Below, piece by piece: positions 18,125 through 28,601 of a DNA stretch of 64,000 bases. The notes under the pieces are model-generated. The model had not been told where the DNA came from, searched no databases, and saw nothing but the letters and a program-made list of their open reading frames with translations. The number at the start of each line of letters is the position of its first letter. Position 1 is the first letter of the stretch. This stretch comes from an uncultured Acidobacteriota bacterium. Its GTDB lineage: Bacteria > Acidobacteriota > Thermoanaerobaculia > Multivoradales > UBA5704. Location: NCBI GenBank assembly GCA_963770895.1, contig CAVYRF010000002.1, forward strand, positions 2,880,001 through 2,944,000. The letters run 5' to 3'. A program made the position numbers and the translations under genes.

Positions 18125-19324
18125 TCATGAACGGTGGTGATCGGCGGCGGCGGCGCTTGCGGTCGGCAGCGGCGGCAGGCCGGAGAAAGTGGCCGTCACG
18201 CGCCCGTCCTGCACGGCGAACGAGCGGGGAAGCCGGCGATACAAAGGGCGCAGCAGCTCGGCGGGTGCTTCGGCGACGCGGAAGGCGGGACCCCATTTCC
18301 AGAAGAACGTGCGCTGGCGCGCCTCATCCGAGGCGGTCAGCACCCACACCGCCGCGGCGCCGGGCGAGCCCGCATAGGCGTTGAGCGCCGGCACCGCCTT
18401 GGCGAGCGCGTCGTCGTCGATGTCGTCGAGCACCACCATGTGATTGCCGTGGTCCAGGTCGGGCACGATGGTGTTGAGGCAGGCGCCGCCGCCGCGCGGA
18501 TCGCCGGCGCAGAGCTGGTCGACCGACGCGCCCGGCTTGAGGCGGGTGGCAAGGTCGTCGAGCGGCAGCGCCGGCGCCCGCCAGGCGAACACCACGACCG
18601 CCGCCGTGAACACCGCGACGACCAGGGTGCGCGCGGTGGGCGCCGTCCGGCGCGGCGCCGGGGCGCGGCCTCGCCAGGCCAGGAGCAGCGCCGGCACCAG
18701 CAGCAGCAGGTCCTGCCAGAAGGCCGCCGCCGGTGTGCGCTGGACCAGATTGCCAAAGCAGCCGCACGAGGCGCCGGCCGCGGTCTGGCCGTGCGCCGCC
18801 AGCCACCAGCTGCGGCCGTTGAGCGCCACGAAGAGCGCCACCAGCAGCGTCACCGGCACCAGCACCCACAGCCGCCGCAGTCCCAGCAGCAGCGCCATGC
18901 CCAGCGCCGCTTCCACCGCCAGGGCGGCAAGTGCAAAGATCTCAAAGGTTTCGGGGATCGCCGGGGCCTGTCCGCCCGGCGCTGCGCCAACGCCGCCAGC
19001 GCCGCCGGTCCCCGCGCCGCCCGCAACGGTTGCGGGCATCGCCCACGACAGCAGCCCTTCGTCCTGCAGCAGCTGGGCAAACGCATGCGGATCCAGCGCC
19101 TTGCCCCAGACCGCCACCAGCAGCACGGCGCCCAGCAGGCAGCCGCCGGCCGTGCCGAGCCATCGCCAGAGCCGCCCCGCGCCGGCACCGGCCGGCGCCG
19201 CCAGCGGGCGCAGCGCCCAATCGCGCTCGGCGCGCCGGGTGACGGACTGCGGGCGCTGGGCGGTGGCTGGGGAGGTGGCGTCCGGTGGGTTCATGGAGTC
19301 CATGCGCGGCATCTGGCGGCTCAT
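18125..19324 (-). CDS. MauE/DoxX-family membrane protein with C-terminal thioredoxin-like region
   Basis: ATG overlaps the uvrA stop (ATGA). Motifs AVWGKALDP, VEAALGMALLLG, SCGCFG, FWQDLLLL. Start may be 19294. Confidence 0.8.
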   Translation of the reverse strand: MSRQMPRMDSMNPPDATSPATAQRPQSVTRRAERDWALRPLAAPAGAGAGRLWRWLGTAGGCLLGAVLLVAVWGKALDPHAFAQLLQDEGLLSWAMPATVAGGAGTGGAGGVGAAPGGQAPAIPETFEIFALAALAVEAALGMALLLGLRRLWVLVPVTLLVALFVALNGRSWWLAAHGQTAAGASCGCFGNLVQRTPAAAFWQDLLLLVPALLLAWRGRAPAPRRTAPTARTLVVAVFTAAVVVFAWRAPALPLDDLATRLKPGASVDQLCAGDPRGGGACLNTIVPDLDHGNHMVVLDDIDDDALAKAVPALNAYAGSPGAAAVWVLTASDEARQRTFFWKWGPAFRVAEAPAELLRPLYRRLPRSFAVQDGRVTATFSGLPPLPTASAAAADHHRS

Positions 19325-22212
19325 TCTACAGCCGCCGCCATCACGATCGGGCTTTCGGGTGCCGCCCAGCCCAGGTGACGCCGCAGCTCGTCGGCGGTGG
19401 GGCTCACCACGCGGTCCAGAAACGTTTCCAGCGGGCCGCAGAAAAGCAGCGCGCCGCCGTGGACGCCGCCGCCGGGTCCCAGGTCGACGATCCAGTCGCA
19501 GCGGGCCAGCAGGTCGGGGCTGTGCTCGACCACGATCACCCCGTCGCCGCGCTGCACCAGGCGGCGCAGGGTGTGGCAGAGCAGGTCGATGTCGGCCAGG
19601 TGCAGCCCGGTCGTCGGCTCGTCGAACAGGAACAGGCGCTTGCCTTCGGCCGCCGGGCGGTCCAGAAAGCTGGCCAGCTTGAGCCGCTGCGCTTCGCCGC
19701 CCGACAGGGTCGACGTCGGCTGGCCGAGCCGCAGGTAGCCCAGCCCGGCGTCGGCCAGCAGGCGCAGGCGGCGGCACAGCCGCTTCTGCTCGGCAAAGGC
19801 TTCGATCGCCTGGTCGACGGTCAGCTCCAGCGTCTCCGCGATGTTGCGCCGCAGGTAGCGGACGGCCAGCACCTCGGGGCGGAAGCGGCGCCCCTGGCAG
19901 GTTTCGCACGCCACCGTCACCGGCGCCATGAACTGCATGTCCACCTCGGTCACGCCGGTGCCCTCGCAGGCGGGACAGCGACCGCTTTCGACGTTGAAGG
20001 AGAAGTGGGCGGCGCTGATGCCGCGGGCGCGCGCTTCGGGCGTCGCGGCGTACAGCTTGCGGATCTCGTCGTAGGCCTTGATGTAGGTGATCGGGTTGGA
20101 GCGCGCCGAGCGGCCGAGCGGCCGCTGGTCGACCAGCGTCACGTCGGCCAGGCCCTCCAGGCCGGCCAGCTGGTCGCACTCTCCCGGTTCGACGTCCACC
20201 ACGCCGCGCGCCCGCTGGTAGGTGCCGTACAGCACGTTTTCGACCAGCGTCGACTTGCCCGAGCCCGACACGCCGGTGACCGCCACCAGGGCGCCCAGCG
20301 GCACCTCGACGTCGATGCCGCGCAGGTTGTGGGCGCGGGCGCCGCGGATCGCGACGCGCGGCATCGCCGACAGCTCCTCGCCGAGCGAATCCCAGCCCTG
20401 TTCGCGGCGGAAGCGGGCGACGTGCTGGCGGGCGGGGGTGCGCGGGCGCTGGCGCAGGTAGCGGCCGGTGAGCGATTCCTCGCAGGCCAGGATGTCGGCC
20501 AGCGGGCCCTCCACCACCACCTGGCCGCCGCGCTCGCCGGCCGCCGGCCCCAGGTCGATCACGTGGTCGGCGCCGCGGATCAGCGTGCGGTCGTGCTCCA
20601 CCACCAGCACGGTGTTGCCGCGCTTCGCCAGGTCGCGCAACAGCTCCAGCAGGCGGCCGCTGTCCTGAGGATGCAGCCCGATGGTCGGTTCGTCCAGGAC
20701 GTAGAGCGTGCTGGTCAGCCCCGAGCCGAGCGCCGCCGACAGGTGGATGCGCTGCGTCTCGCCGCCCGAAACCGTGCGCGCCTGGCGGCTCAGGGTCAGG
20801 TAGTCGAGCCCCACCCGGTGCAGCACCTCGATGCGCTCGCCCAGCTCGTCGAGCAGGTGCCCGGCGATCTCGCGCTCGCGCGGCGTGAAGCGCTCCGCCG
20901 CCAGCCAGGCGCGCAGCTGCTCGACGCTCATGTCGCTCAGGCCGGGCAGCGTCTGGCCGTGCAGGCGCACCGCCACCGCCTCGGGGCGCAGCCGCCGGCC
21001 GCCGCAGGCGGTGCACGGCGTGTAGGAGCGGTAGCGGGCCAGCAGCACGCGCACGTGCACCTTGTAGGTGCGCTGCTCGAGCCAGGCGAAAAAGTCGGTC
21101 AGGTTGACGAAGCTGCCCTGCCCGCTCCACACCCATTCGCGCTCGGCTTCCGGCAGCTCCGCCCAGGGCAGGTCGACCGCGATGCGGCGCCGCCGCGCCG
21201 CCCGCAGCAGCCCGTCGTACAGCTCCTCGTAGGCCGGCGTGTTCCAGGGCGCGATCGGCCGTTCGGCCAGCGACCGCCGCGGGTCGGGGATCACCCGCTC
21301 GCGGTCGATGCCGATCACCCGGCCGAACCCCTGGCAGGTGGGGCAGGCGCCCAGCGGCGAATTGAACGAAAAGAGCGGCGGCGTCGGCCGCCGCACCGTT
21401 TCGCCGCACACCGGGCACCCCAGCTCGCGCGCGAAATACCGCACCCCCGCGGACCCCAGCGCTTCGATGCGCCCGCCGCCCAGCCGGTAGCCCTCTTCGA
21501 TCGTCGACACCACCCGCGCCGCCGCTTCGGCGTGCGCCGGGAAGCGCCCCAGCGCCAGCGGCAGCGGGTCGAGCGCCGCCGGCCACCGCTCGCCGGGCTC
21601 CATGCGCACGATCGCCGCCCGCGCCAGGGCATCGGCGCCGCCACCAGAGCCGGCGTCGTCGCCGTGCAGCCGCCGGTTGAAACCCTGGCGGATCAGCTCC
21701 GCCAGCGCCTCGTCGGCGCCGCGCTGCGGCCGCCGCACCTTGGCCACCAGCACAAAGGGGTCGCCCACCGACCCGGCGGCCAGGTCCAGCGCCGCCTCCT
21801 CGGGTGTGAACGCGCGCGCCTGCCCATGCCCGTGCGGGCACCCCACCTCACCCAGGTGGGTGAACAGCAGCCGCATCACGTCGTGGATCTCGGTGATCGT
21901 GCCCACCGTCGAGCGCGCGTTGCGGACGCCGTTGCGGGCCTCCAGCGCCACCGCCGGCAAAATGTTGTGGATCGCGTCCACCGGCGGCCGCTCCATCTGG
22001 TCCAGGAACTGCCGCGCATACGTCGACATCGATTCGACAAAACGCCGCTGCCCTTCGGCAAACACCGTATCGAACGCCAGCGACGACTTGCCGGCGCCCG
22101 AAGGCCCCGTCACCACCGTCACCGCGCGATGCGGCACCCGGCAGCTGATTGCCTTTAAATTGTGTGTCCGGGCCCGTTCGACCCTGATCGCGGCTCGCTC
22201 GTCCATCGACAT
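19321..22212 (-). CDS. uvrA: Excinuclease ABC subunit A (UvrA)
   Basis: ARTHNLK, GPSGAGKSSLAFDT, FSFNSPLGACPTC, SGGETQRI, GVSGSGKST, LSGGEAQRLKLA; two ABC modules with Zn fingers. Confidence 0.92.
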   Translation of the reverse strand: MSMDERAAIRVERARTHNLKAISCRVPHRAVTVVTGPSGAGKSSLAFDTVFAEGQRRFVESMSTYARQFLDQMERPPVDAIHNILPAVALEARNGVRNARSTVGTITEIHDVMRLLFTHLGEVGCPHGHGQARAFTPEEAALDLAAGSVGDPFVLVAKVRRPQRGADEALAELIRQGFNRRLHGDDAGSGGGADALARAAIVRMEPGERWPAALDPLPLALGRFPAHAEAAARVVSTIEEGYRLGGGRIEALGSAGVRYFARELGCPVCGETVRRPTPPLFSFNSPLGACPTCQGFGRVIGIDRERVIPDPRRSLAERPIAPWNTPAYEELYDGLLRAARRRRIAVDLPWAELPEAEREWVWSGQGSFVNLTDFFAWLEQRTYKVHVRVLLARYRSYTPCTACGGRRLRPEAVAVRLHGQTLPGLSDMSVEQLRAWLAAERFTPREREIAGHLLDELGERIEVLHRVGLDYLTLSRQARTVSGGETQRIHLSAALGSGLTSTLYVLDEPTIGLHPQDSGRLLELLRDLAKRGNTVLVVEHDRTLIRGADHVIDLGPAAGERGGQVVVEGPLADILACEESLTGRYLRQRPRTPARQHVARFRREQGWDSLGEELSAMPRVAIRGARAHNLRGIDVEVPLGALVAVTGVSGSGKSTLVENVLYGTYQRARGVVDVEPGECDQLAGLEGLADVTLVDQRPLGRSARSNPITYIKAYDEIRKLYAATPEARARGISAAHFSFNVESGRCPACEGTGVTEVDMQFMAPVTVACETCQGRRFRPEVLAVRYLRRNIAETLELTVDQAIEAFAEQKRLCRRLRLLADAGLGYLRLGQPTSTLSGGEAQRLKLASFLDRPAAEGKRLFLFDEPTTGLHLADIDLLCHTLRRLVQRGDGVIVVEHSPDLLARCDWIVDLGPGGGVHGGALLFCGPLETFLDRVVSPTADELRRHLGWAAPESPIVMAAAVE

Positions 22213-22446
22213 CCCGCAGCGCCCCCGCCCGCTCACCGCCCCAACCCCACCGCCCCGCCCGGCGCCAGCCCGCGCAAGAGCCGGCGCCCCAGCGCCCCCG
22301 TCGCAGGCGAAGCGCTCATGATACTCCGACTTCGCAACCGGTTCCCCGCGTAACGGGCCAGTGACGAAAAGCCCATCCGCATCCCGTACCATTCCCCCGA
22401 TCGCGCCGCGGCCGGCTGCTATGCTTGGTGCGAGGAGGGCACACGG

Positions 22447-22977
22447 TTGGATTTCGGCGCAGTGCTGGGCACCGTTGCGGTGTTTCTGACCAGCAGGAAT
22501 TGCCGTTTTGCTCTCATCGGAGGCGTGGCGCTCGCAGCCTATGGCCTGGCGCGCACGACCCTCGACCTGGATCTGCTCGTCGAGGCGGATGCTCAGGATG
22601 GCCTGATTTCCTTCCTGGAATCGCTGGGTTTTGCGACGCTCTACCGATCGACGGGTTACTCGAACCACCTTCATCCTGATCCAGCATGGGGGCGACTCGA
22701 CTGCGTGTATGTTCGCGGAGCAACCAGCGATCAGCTGTTTGCCGCCTGCCGCACCGCCGCGGTGCCCGGCGGCTTGCAGCTCCCCTTGCCGAAGCCCGAG
22801 CACCTGGCTGCGCTGAAAGTGCTGGCGATGAAAAACGATCCCGGTCGTACCTTGCAAGACATGGCCGACATCCGCTTTCTCCTCCAACTGCCGCAGGTCG
22901 ATCGTGGGGAGGTGCGGGCCTATTTCGAGAAGCACGGCCTGGTGGAGCGCTTTGATGAGATCGAACGGTTCCTCTGA
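22447..22977 (+). CDS. AbiEii-like nucleotidyltransferase
   Basis: IGGVALAAYGLARTTLDLD (GG-x-A...R-x-T-x-D-x-D) and LKVLA...QDMADI; GGAGG RBS with TTG start. Confidence 0.8.
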   Translation: MDFGAVLGTVAVFLTSRNCRFALIGGVALAAYGLARTTLDLDLLVEADAQDGLISFLESLGFATLYRSTGYSNHLHPDPAWGRLDCVYVRGATSDQLFAACRTAAVPGGLQLPLPKPEHLAALKVLAMKNDPGRTLQDMADIRFLLQLPQVDRGEVRAYFEKHGLVERFDEIERFL

Positions 22978-23167
22978 TTTGCTGGGTGTTGGCGATCTGC
23001 CGACCACGGAGGAAGACGTCCTGGCGCTGCGCAGGTTGCACCCGGCGGCAGGCGGCGACTGGCTCGCTCAGCTTACGTCTCTGGCGGCACAGGTGCCGCA
23101 GGCGCCGCCGGGTGGCGCGGTCCGCCAGCGGCGGACGTTCGCCGGACTGGCCCCCTTCGAACTGTAG
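22955..23167 (+). CDS. Small hypothetical protein (70 aa), possible antitoxin
   Basis: ATG overlaps the 3' end of the nucleotidyltransferase, GGAG upstream; MRSNGSS...DLPTTEEDVLALRRL...APFEL. Confidence 0.6.
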   Translation: MRSNGSSDLLGVGDLPTTEEDVLALRRLHPAAGGDWLAQLTSLAAQVPQAPPGGAVRQRRTFAGLAPFEL

Positions 23168-23190
23168 GGCAGGGCGCTCGGCTGCTGCGG

Positions 23191-25839
23191 CTAGCGCGGC
23201 ACGTGGGGCTGGTTGCTGCGCGGGGGCGGCGGGGTGTCCTGGTCGCCGCCTCGATCGTCGCGGTCGTCGCGGTCGGTGCGGTCGGCGGCGCTGGAGCGGG
23301 GGTGGGGCGGGGGCGTTGCGGGGTGGGCGTTGGGGTCGTCTTTGGGCTTGCCGTCGGATTTGCCGTCTTGCTCTTCGTCGTGGCCGCCGAAGATGCGGTG
23401 GAGCCAGCGGCGGAAGGGGTGGCTGACGGGCTGCTTGTCGTCGGGACGGCCGTTGGCGGATTGGCCTGGGGCGGCGCCGGGCTCGCCTTCCGGGTGCTGA
23501 CCTCCGGGAGCGCCTGGAGTGCCGGGCGGCTGGGGACCGATGGCGGCGTCGGCGGCCAGGTCGGGGTGGAGGCTGCACTGTTCGGAGGGGACTTCGCCGT
23601 TCCAGAAGACCTCGGTCAGGGTCTCCGGGCAGCTTTCGGTGGCGAGCAGGCCGCTTTCGGGGTCGATGAGGGCGGAGTCGATGCCGCTGGGCTGCGGGAA
23701 GGTGGAGTAGCCGCCGGGCGGAGTGACGGCGACGGTGAAGCGGCTCCAGATGGGCAGCGCCGCGCGTGCGCCCGACAGGCGGGTCACGGCGTTGTCGTCG
23801 TAGCCCACCCAGACGACGGTGGAGCGCTCGGGCGCGAAGCCGCCGAACCAGCTGTCGCGGCGGTCGTTGGTGGTGCCGGTCTTGCCGGCCAGCTTGCCGT
23901 GCAGGTGCCAGTCGGAGCCGGCGCCGGTGCCGCGCTCCAGGACTCCGATCATCAGCGAGGTGACCAGGTAGTTGGCCTGGGGTGTGAGCACGCGCACCCT
24001 GACGGGCAGCGGCTTGCCTTCGATGCGCTTGCCGTGGCTGTCGACGACCGCCTCCAGGCCGTGCACCGGCGGGCGGATGCCGCCGGCGGCCAGGCTGGCA
24101 TAGACGGTCGCCAGCTCGATCGGCGCCACGGCGGTGGCACCCAGGGCGACGGCGGGGAAGGGCTCCATGCGCGTGGTGATGCCGAGCGCGTGGGCCAGCG
24201 AGACGATGCGCGGAATGCCGACTTCCATCGCCAGGCGGGCGGTGGCGGGGTTGTAGCTGTGCTCGAGCGCGGTGCGGACGGTCACCCAGCCGTGAAATTC
24301 GCCGTCGTCGTTCTTGGGGCTCCAGGTGCGGCCGCCGGATTCGATCTCCAGCGGCTCGTCTTCGAGAAAGGTGGCGGGGGTGGCGCGGTGCTCTTCGAAG
24401 GCTGCGGCGTAGACGATGGGCTTGAAGGCGCTGCCGGTCTGGCGGTTGGCCTGGCTGACGCGATCGAACTGGCTCTGGTCGTAACGCCGGCCGCCGATGT
24501 AGGCCAGGATTTCGCCGGTGGCCGGCTGGATGGAGACGAGCGCCACCTGCAGCGCCGACGCCTTGCCCTTTTCGTAGCCTTTTTCGGCGGTGGCCAGGCC
24601 GGCGTCGATCGCCGCCTGCGCCGCCTGTTCGTCATCCCAGCTGAGGGTCGAGTACAGCGAGTAGCCGCCGTCTTCCAGGTCGTCGACGTCGAAGCGCCTG
24701 GCGGCCTCGGCGGTGACGGCGTCGGCGAAGTAGGGGGCGCGCCGCCGCACCAGCGGTTCCGGCGCCACGGCGACCGGCGTGGCCAGCGCCGCCGCGACGT
24801 GTTCCTTGTCGGCGAGGCCGAGCGCCTGCATGCGGTGGAGCACCCAGTCGCGGCGCTCCCTGGCGCGATCGGGGTGGAACAGCGGCGAATACGCCGCCGG
24901 CGCCGGGATGATGCCGGCCAGCGTCGCCGCCTCGGCCAGGTTGAGCTGGCTGGCGTCCTTGCCGAAGTAGGCGCGGGAGGCGGCCCCCATGCCCATGACG
25001 TTGACGCCGCCGCTGCGCCCCAGGTAGATCTCGTTGAGGTAGGCGGTCAGGATCTCGCGCTTGCTGTAGCGCATCTCCAGCATCACCGCCAGGACCGCCT
25101 CCTGGATCTTGCGGGTCAGCTTGCGTTCCTGGCTGAGATAGATGTTCTTGACCACCTGCTGGGTCAGGGTGCTGCCGCCCTGGCGCAGCTGGCCGCCGCG
25201 CACGTTCACCCACAGGGCGCGCAGAATGCTGCTGGGCGCCACTCCGGAATGGCTGAAGAAGCTGTCGTCTTCGGCGGCGATGACGGCGTTGATCAGGTTT
25301 TCGGCCACTTCGTCGACGGTGACCGGCCGGCGCTCCAGCTGGTCGGGGCCGTAGTAGGAGGCGAGCAGCGGCGGCTCCAGCTCCGCCTTGGCCACCGGCT
25401 GGCCGTTGAGCGTCATGGCCGCCACGCGGGCGCCGTGCCAGGCTACCTCCAGCAGGCCGCCGCCCTGGCGCCCGTCCGGCAGAAAGAAGCTGCGCAGGTG
25501 CACCGACAGGCTGTCGGGAGCGGTGCGATAGCGGCCCGGCGGCAGGACCGCGGCGCCGGGCTCCTCGCGGTAGCCCTCGCCCGTCAGGTCCTTGACCAGG
25601 CGCTCGACCGGCACGGCGCGCCCCTCTTCCAGCTGGGTCGGCCGGGCGTACAGGCGCGACGGCTGGCGGAAGGTGATCTGCTCGAAGCGGCTGGACAGCC
25701 GCCAGAACGGCCGCAGCACAAAAAACCCGACGGCGCCGCCGACCAGCAGGATGGCGCCGGCGGCGACGAACCACCAGGGATGGCGCCGCCAGACCGGCGG
25801 GCCGCCTGCGCCGCGGGCGCTACCGTTTGCTGACGTCAT
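23191..25839 (-). CDS. mrcB: Bifunctional penicillin-binding protein 1B
   Basis: TM, UB2H-like domain, glycosyltransferase motifs EDxxFxxHxG, GGSTLTQQ, RKIQE, YLNEIYLG; transpeptidase SAFK, SYN, KTG. Confidence 0.9.
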   Translation of the reverse strand: MTSANGSARGAGGPPVWRRHPWWFVAAGAILLVGGAVGFFVLRPFWRLSSRFEQITFRQPSRLYARPTQLEEGRAVPVERLVKDLTGEGYREEPGAAVLPPGRYRTAPDSLSVHLRSFFLPDGRQGGGLLEVAWHGARVAAMTLNGQPVAKAELEPPLLASYYGPDQLERRPVTVDEVAENLINAVIAAEDDSFFSHSGVAPSSILRALWVNVRGGQLRQGGSTLTQQVVKNIYLSQERKLTRKIQEAVLAVMLEMRYSKREILTAYLNEIYLGRSGGVNVMGMGAASRAYFGKDASQLNLAEAATLAGIIPAPAAYSPLFHPDRARERRDWVLHRMQALGLADKEHVAAALATPVAVAPEPLVRRRAPYFADAVTAEAARRFDVDDLEDGGYSLYSTLSWDDEQAAQAAIDAGLATAEKGYEKGKASALQVALVSIQPATGEILAYIGGRRYDQSQFDRVSQANRQTGSAFKPIVYAAAFEEHRATPATFLEDEPLEIESGGRTWSPKNDDGEFHGWVTVRTALEHSYNPATARLAMEVGIPRIVSLAHALGITTRMEPFPAVALGATAVAPIELATVYASLAAGGIRPPVHGLEAVVDSHGKRIEGKPLPVRVRVLTPQANYLVTSLMIGVLERGTGAGSDWHLHGKLAGKTGTTNDRRDSWFGGFAPERSTVVWVGYDDNAVTRLSGARAALPIWSRFTVAVTPPGGYSTFPQPSGIDSALIDPESGLLATESCPETLTEVFWNGEVPSEQCSLHPDLAADAAIGPQPPGTPGAPGGQHPEGEPGAAPGQSANGRPDDKQPVSHPFRRWLHRIFGGHDEEQDGKSDGKPKDDPNAHPATPPPHPRSSAADRTDRDDRDDRGGDQDTPPPPRSNQPHVPR

Positions 25840-25861
25840 CAGGGGTTGCTCTCGACGGGCG

Positions 25862-26239
25862 TCAGGCGATCCTGGCGCGGCGCGCCGCGACGAACGAGCG
25901 GATGCACAGGACCAGGAAGACGCCGCACAGCACCAACATCGCCATCTGGTCGATCACCGCGGCGCGGTGCGCCAGCGGCTGGCCGGCGAGCAGCGCCGGC
26001 AGCTGGGGCAGCGCCCGCATCGGCCCCAGAAAGCCGATCAGCGCGAGCACCGCCGCGGCGTGCATGGCGTGCCTGCGCAACGCTTCGCGGCGCGCCAGCC
26101 AGCCGCAGACCAGCAGGAGCAGGCCGATGGCCGCCGGGATCAGGGCGGTAGGGCTGGTGCGGCCGGTCGCAAAGTAGCCGCCGAACCCCAGCGCGGTGAG
26201 CGCCAGCCCGAATCCAAGGGTCACGTTCGCCATCGTCAT
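25862..26239 (-). CDS. Small four-TM membrane protein (TMEM14-like)
   Basis: GGAGG RBS; GFGGYFATGRTSPTALIPA...RRHAMHAAAVLALIG...CIRSFVAAR. Confidence 0.75.
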   Translation of the reverse strand: MTMANVTLGFGLALTALGFGGYFATGRTSPTALIPAAIGLLLLVCGWLARREALRRHAMHAAAVLALIGFLGPMRALPQLPALLAGQPLAHRAAVIDQMAMLVLCGVFLVLCIRSFVAARRARIA

Positions 26240-26461
26240 CCGCCTCCAGCCGGACAAGGGTAACACGCAGGCCCCCTGCCTCCAGCCGCGGTGCCCGTAC
26301 CCGTGTGCCGGGCGCGGCAGCGTGCCGGCCGCCGTCGCCGGGGACGAGCACCCCGCCGCCGCGCCGGGTGCTCTGAGTGGCCATGGGGGCGAGACCGGGT
26401 GGCGGGGGTGGCGGGGGGCCGGGAAGGCGGAGGCGGGCGAGGGTGTTATGATCCACGGCCC

Positions 26462-28417
26462 ATGATCGCGGTATCCGACCTCGCCAAATCTTTCGGCCCC
26501 CAGACGCTGTTCGAGGGGGTCTCGATGCAGTTCAACCCCGGCAACCGGTACGGCCTGGTGGGGGCGAACGGCTCGGGCAAATCCACGTTCCTCAAAATCC
26601 TCACCGGCGAAGAGCAGTTGAGCGCCGGCACGCTCGCCATCCCCAAGCGGCTGAAGCTGGGCGTCCTCAAGCAGGACCACTATCGCTACGAATCGATGCC
26701 CATCCTGGAAGTGGCGATGATGGGCAATCACGACGTGTGGGAAGCCATGGTGGAAAAGGAGCGGATGCTGGCGCACGATCCGCAGCATCCTGAGGGGGAC
26801 CCCCAGGCCGAATTCGACGCCGATCGCTACGCCGAGCTCGAAGAGCTGATCCTGCATCACGACGGCTACACGCTGGAATCGCGCGCCGGCGAAGTGCTGG
26901 AGGGGCTCGGCATCCCCACGGCGGTGCACCGCCAGGCGCTGTCGACGCTGTCGGGCGGCTTCAAGCTGCGCGTGCTGCTCGGGCAGGTGCTGGCCGCCGA
27001 CCCCGACGCCCTGCTGCTCGACGAGCCCACCAACCATCTGGACATCCTGTCGATCCGCTGGCTGGAAAAGTTCCTGGAGAGCTACAAGGGGACGGCGATC
27101 GTGATCTCGCACGATCACCGCTTCCTGGACAACATCTGCACCCACATCGTGGACGTCGACTACGAAACGATCCTGCTCTATCCGGGCAACTACACGGCCT
27201 TCGCCGCCGCCAAGGTCGCCGAGCGCGACCGCAAGGAAGCAGAGATCGGCAAGCGCGAAAAGCAGATCGCCGACCACCAGGCGTTCGTCGACCGTTTCCG
27301 CGCCAAGGCCACCAAGGCGCGCCAGGCGCAGAGCAAGATCAAGATGATCGAAAAGATCGTCATCGATCGCCTGCCGCAGAGCTCGCGCCGCTATCCGACG
27401 TTCAAGTTCCAGCAGGTGCGGCCGAGCGGCCGCCAGACGCTGGAGATCACCGGCGTATCCAAGGCCTACGCCGGCAAGCCGGTGCTGTCGGACGTGTCGC
27501 TCACCGTGCAGCGCGGCGACCGCCTGGCGATCATCGGCCCCAACGGCATCGGCAAGTCCACCCTGCTCAAGATCGCCATGGGCGAAGTCGAAGCCGACGC
27601 CGGCAAGATCGACTGGGGCTACGAGACCCACCGCGGCTACTTCTCGCAGGAGCACACCGAGATCAAGGCCGGCGGCAAGCAGAGCGTCGAGGCGTGGCTG
27701 TGGGAGTCGGTGCCCACCGAGCCGATCGGGTTCGTGCGCGGCAACCTGGGGCAGGTGCTGTTTTCGGGCGACGACGTCAAGAAGCAGGTGGGCAGCCTGT
27801 CGGGCGGCGAGGCGGCGCGCCTGGTGTTCTGCCGCCTGTCGGTGACCAAGCCCAACGTGCTGATCCTGGACGAACCCACCAACCACCTGGACCTGGAGGC
27901 CATCGAGGCGCTGGTCGAAGGGCTGAAGGCCTACGACGGCACGCTCATCTTCGTCTCCCACGACCGCTGGTTCGTGTCGCAGCTGGCCAACCGCGTGCTG
28001 GAGATCTCGCCGCGCGGCATCCAGGACTTCCCCGGCACCTACGAGGAGTACCTGGAGCGGCTGGGCGACGACCACCTGGACGCCGAAGCGGTGCTGCGCA
28101 TGCGCCGCGAGCAGAAAAAGAAGTCGGCGGCGCGCGCCGCGGCCCCGGCGCTCGACGACCGCGAGCGGCGCCAGCGCCGGCGCGACCTGGGCCGCCGCCG
28201 CGACGACATCACCACCGCCGTCGAGCAGGCCGAAGCGCGCGTCCACACCATCAACGAGATGTTCTGCGATCCCACCTTCTTCGACCGCACCTCGCGCGAC
28301 CAGGTGCGCAAGCTGGAAGACGAGCAGAAGCGGCTCAACGCCAAGGTCGTGGAGCTGATGGCCACCTGGGAAGAGATCGAAACCGAGATGGCCAGCCTGT
28401 CCGAAGACTCCGCCTAG
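26462..28417 (+). CDS. ABC-F family ribosome-associated ATPase
   Basis: Two ABC domains ([22 protein letters not shown] twice), interdomain linker, C-terminal coiled coil, no TM. Confidence 0.95.
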   Translation: MIAVSDLAKSFGPQTLFEGVSMQFNPGNRYGLVGANGSGKSTFLKILTGEEQLSAGTLAIPKRLKLGVLKQDHYRYESMPILEVAMMGNHDVWEAMVEKERMLAHDPQHPEGDPQAEFDADRYAELEELILHHDGYTLESRAGEVLEGLGIPTAVHRQALSTLSGGFKLRVLLGQVLAADPDALLLDEPTNHLDILSIRWLEKFLESYKGTAIVISHDHRFLDNICTHIVDVDYETILLYPGNYTAFAAAKVAERDRKEAEIGKREKQIADHQAFVDRFRAKATKARQAQSKIKMIEKIVIDRLPQSSRRYPTFKFQQVRPSGRQTLEITGVSKAYAGKPVLSDVSLTVQRGDRLAIIGPNGIGKSTLLKIAMGEVEADAGKIDWGYETHRGYFSQEHTEIKAGGKQSVEAWLWESVPTEPIGFVRGNLGQVLFSGDDVKKQVGSLSGGEAARLVFCRLSVTKPNVLILDEPTNHLDLEAIEALVEGLKAYDGTLIFVSHDRWFVSQLANRVLEISPRGIQDFPGTYEEYLERLGDDHLDAEAVLRMRREQKKKSAARAAAPALDDRERRQRRRDLGRRRDDITTAVEQAEARVHTINEMFCDPTFFDRTSRDQVRKLEDEQKRLNAKVVELMATWEEIETEMASLSEDSA

Positions 28418-28601
28418 CCCGCCGCCGGCGCTCCGCCGGCTGGCGGCTCCGGCCCCCCCTTCCCCCTCCTCCTGCCGGACCCATGGTCCGCCGGCGGTGA
28501 CATCTGTCAGCGCAAAGTGGTGACGCGGGGTACCTGTGGCGGCGGGGGCCCGGTGCGAGACTGCCTGCACGATGACCGGCGACGGTCGGGGGAGGCAGAC
28601 G

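Noticed and set aside
18125-23007. 1238-aa and 1228-aa minus-strand ORFs suggesting giant fusions
   Set aside because: These are GC-rich open-frame extensions. The real genes are the MauE/DoxX protein (from about 19324) and uvrA (from about 22212).
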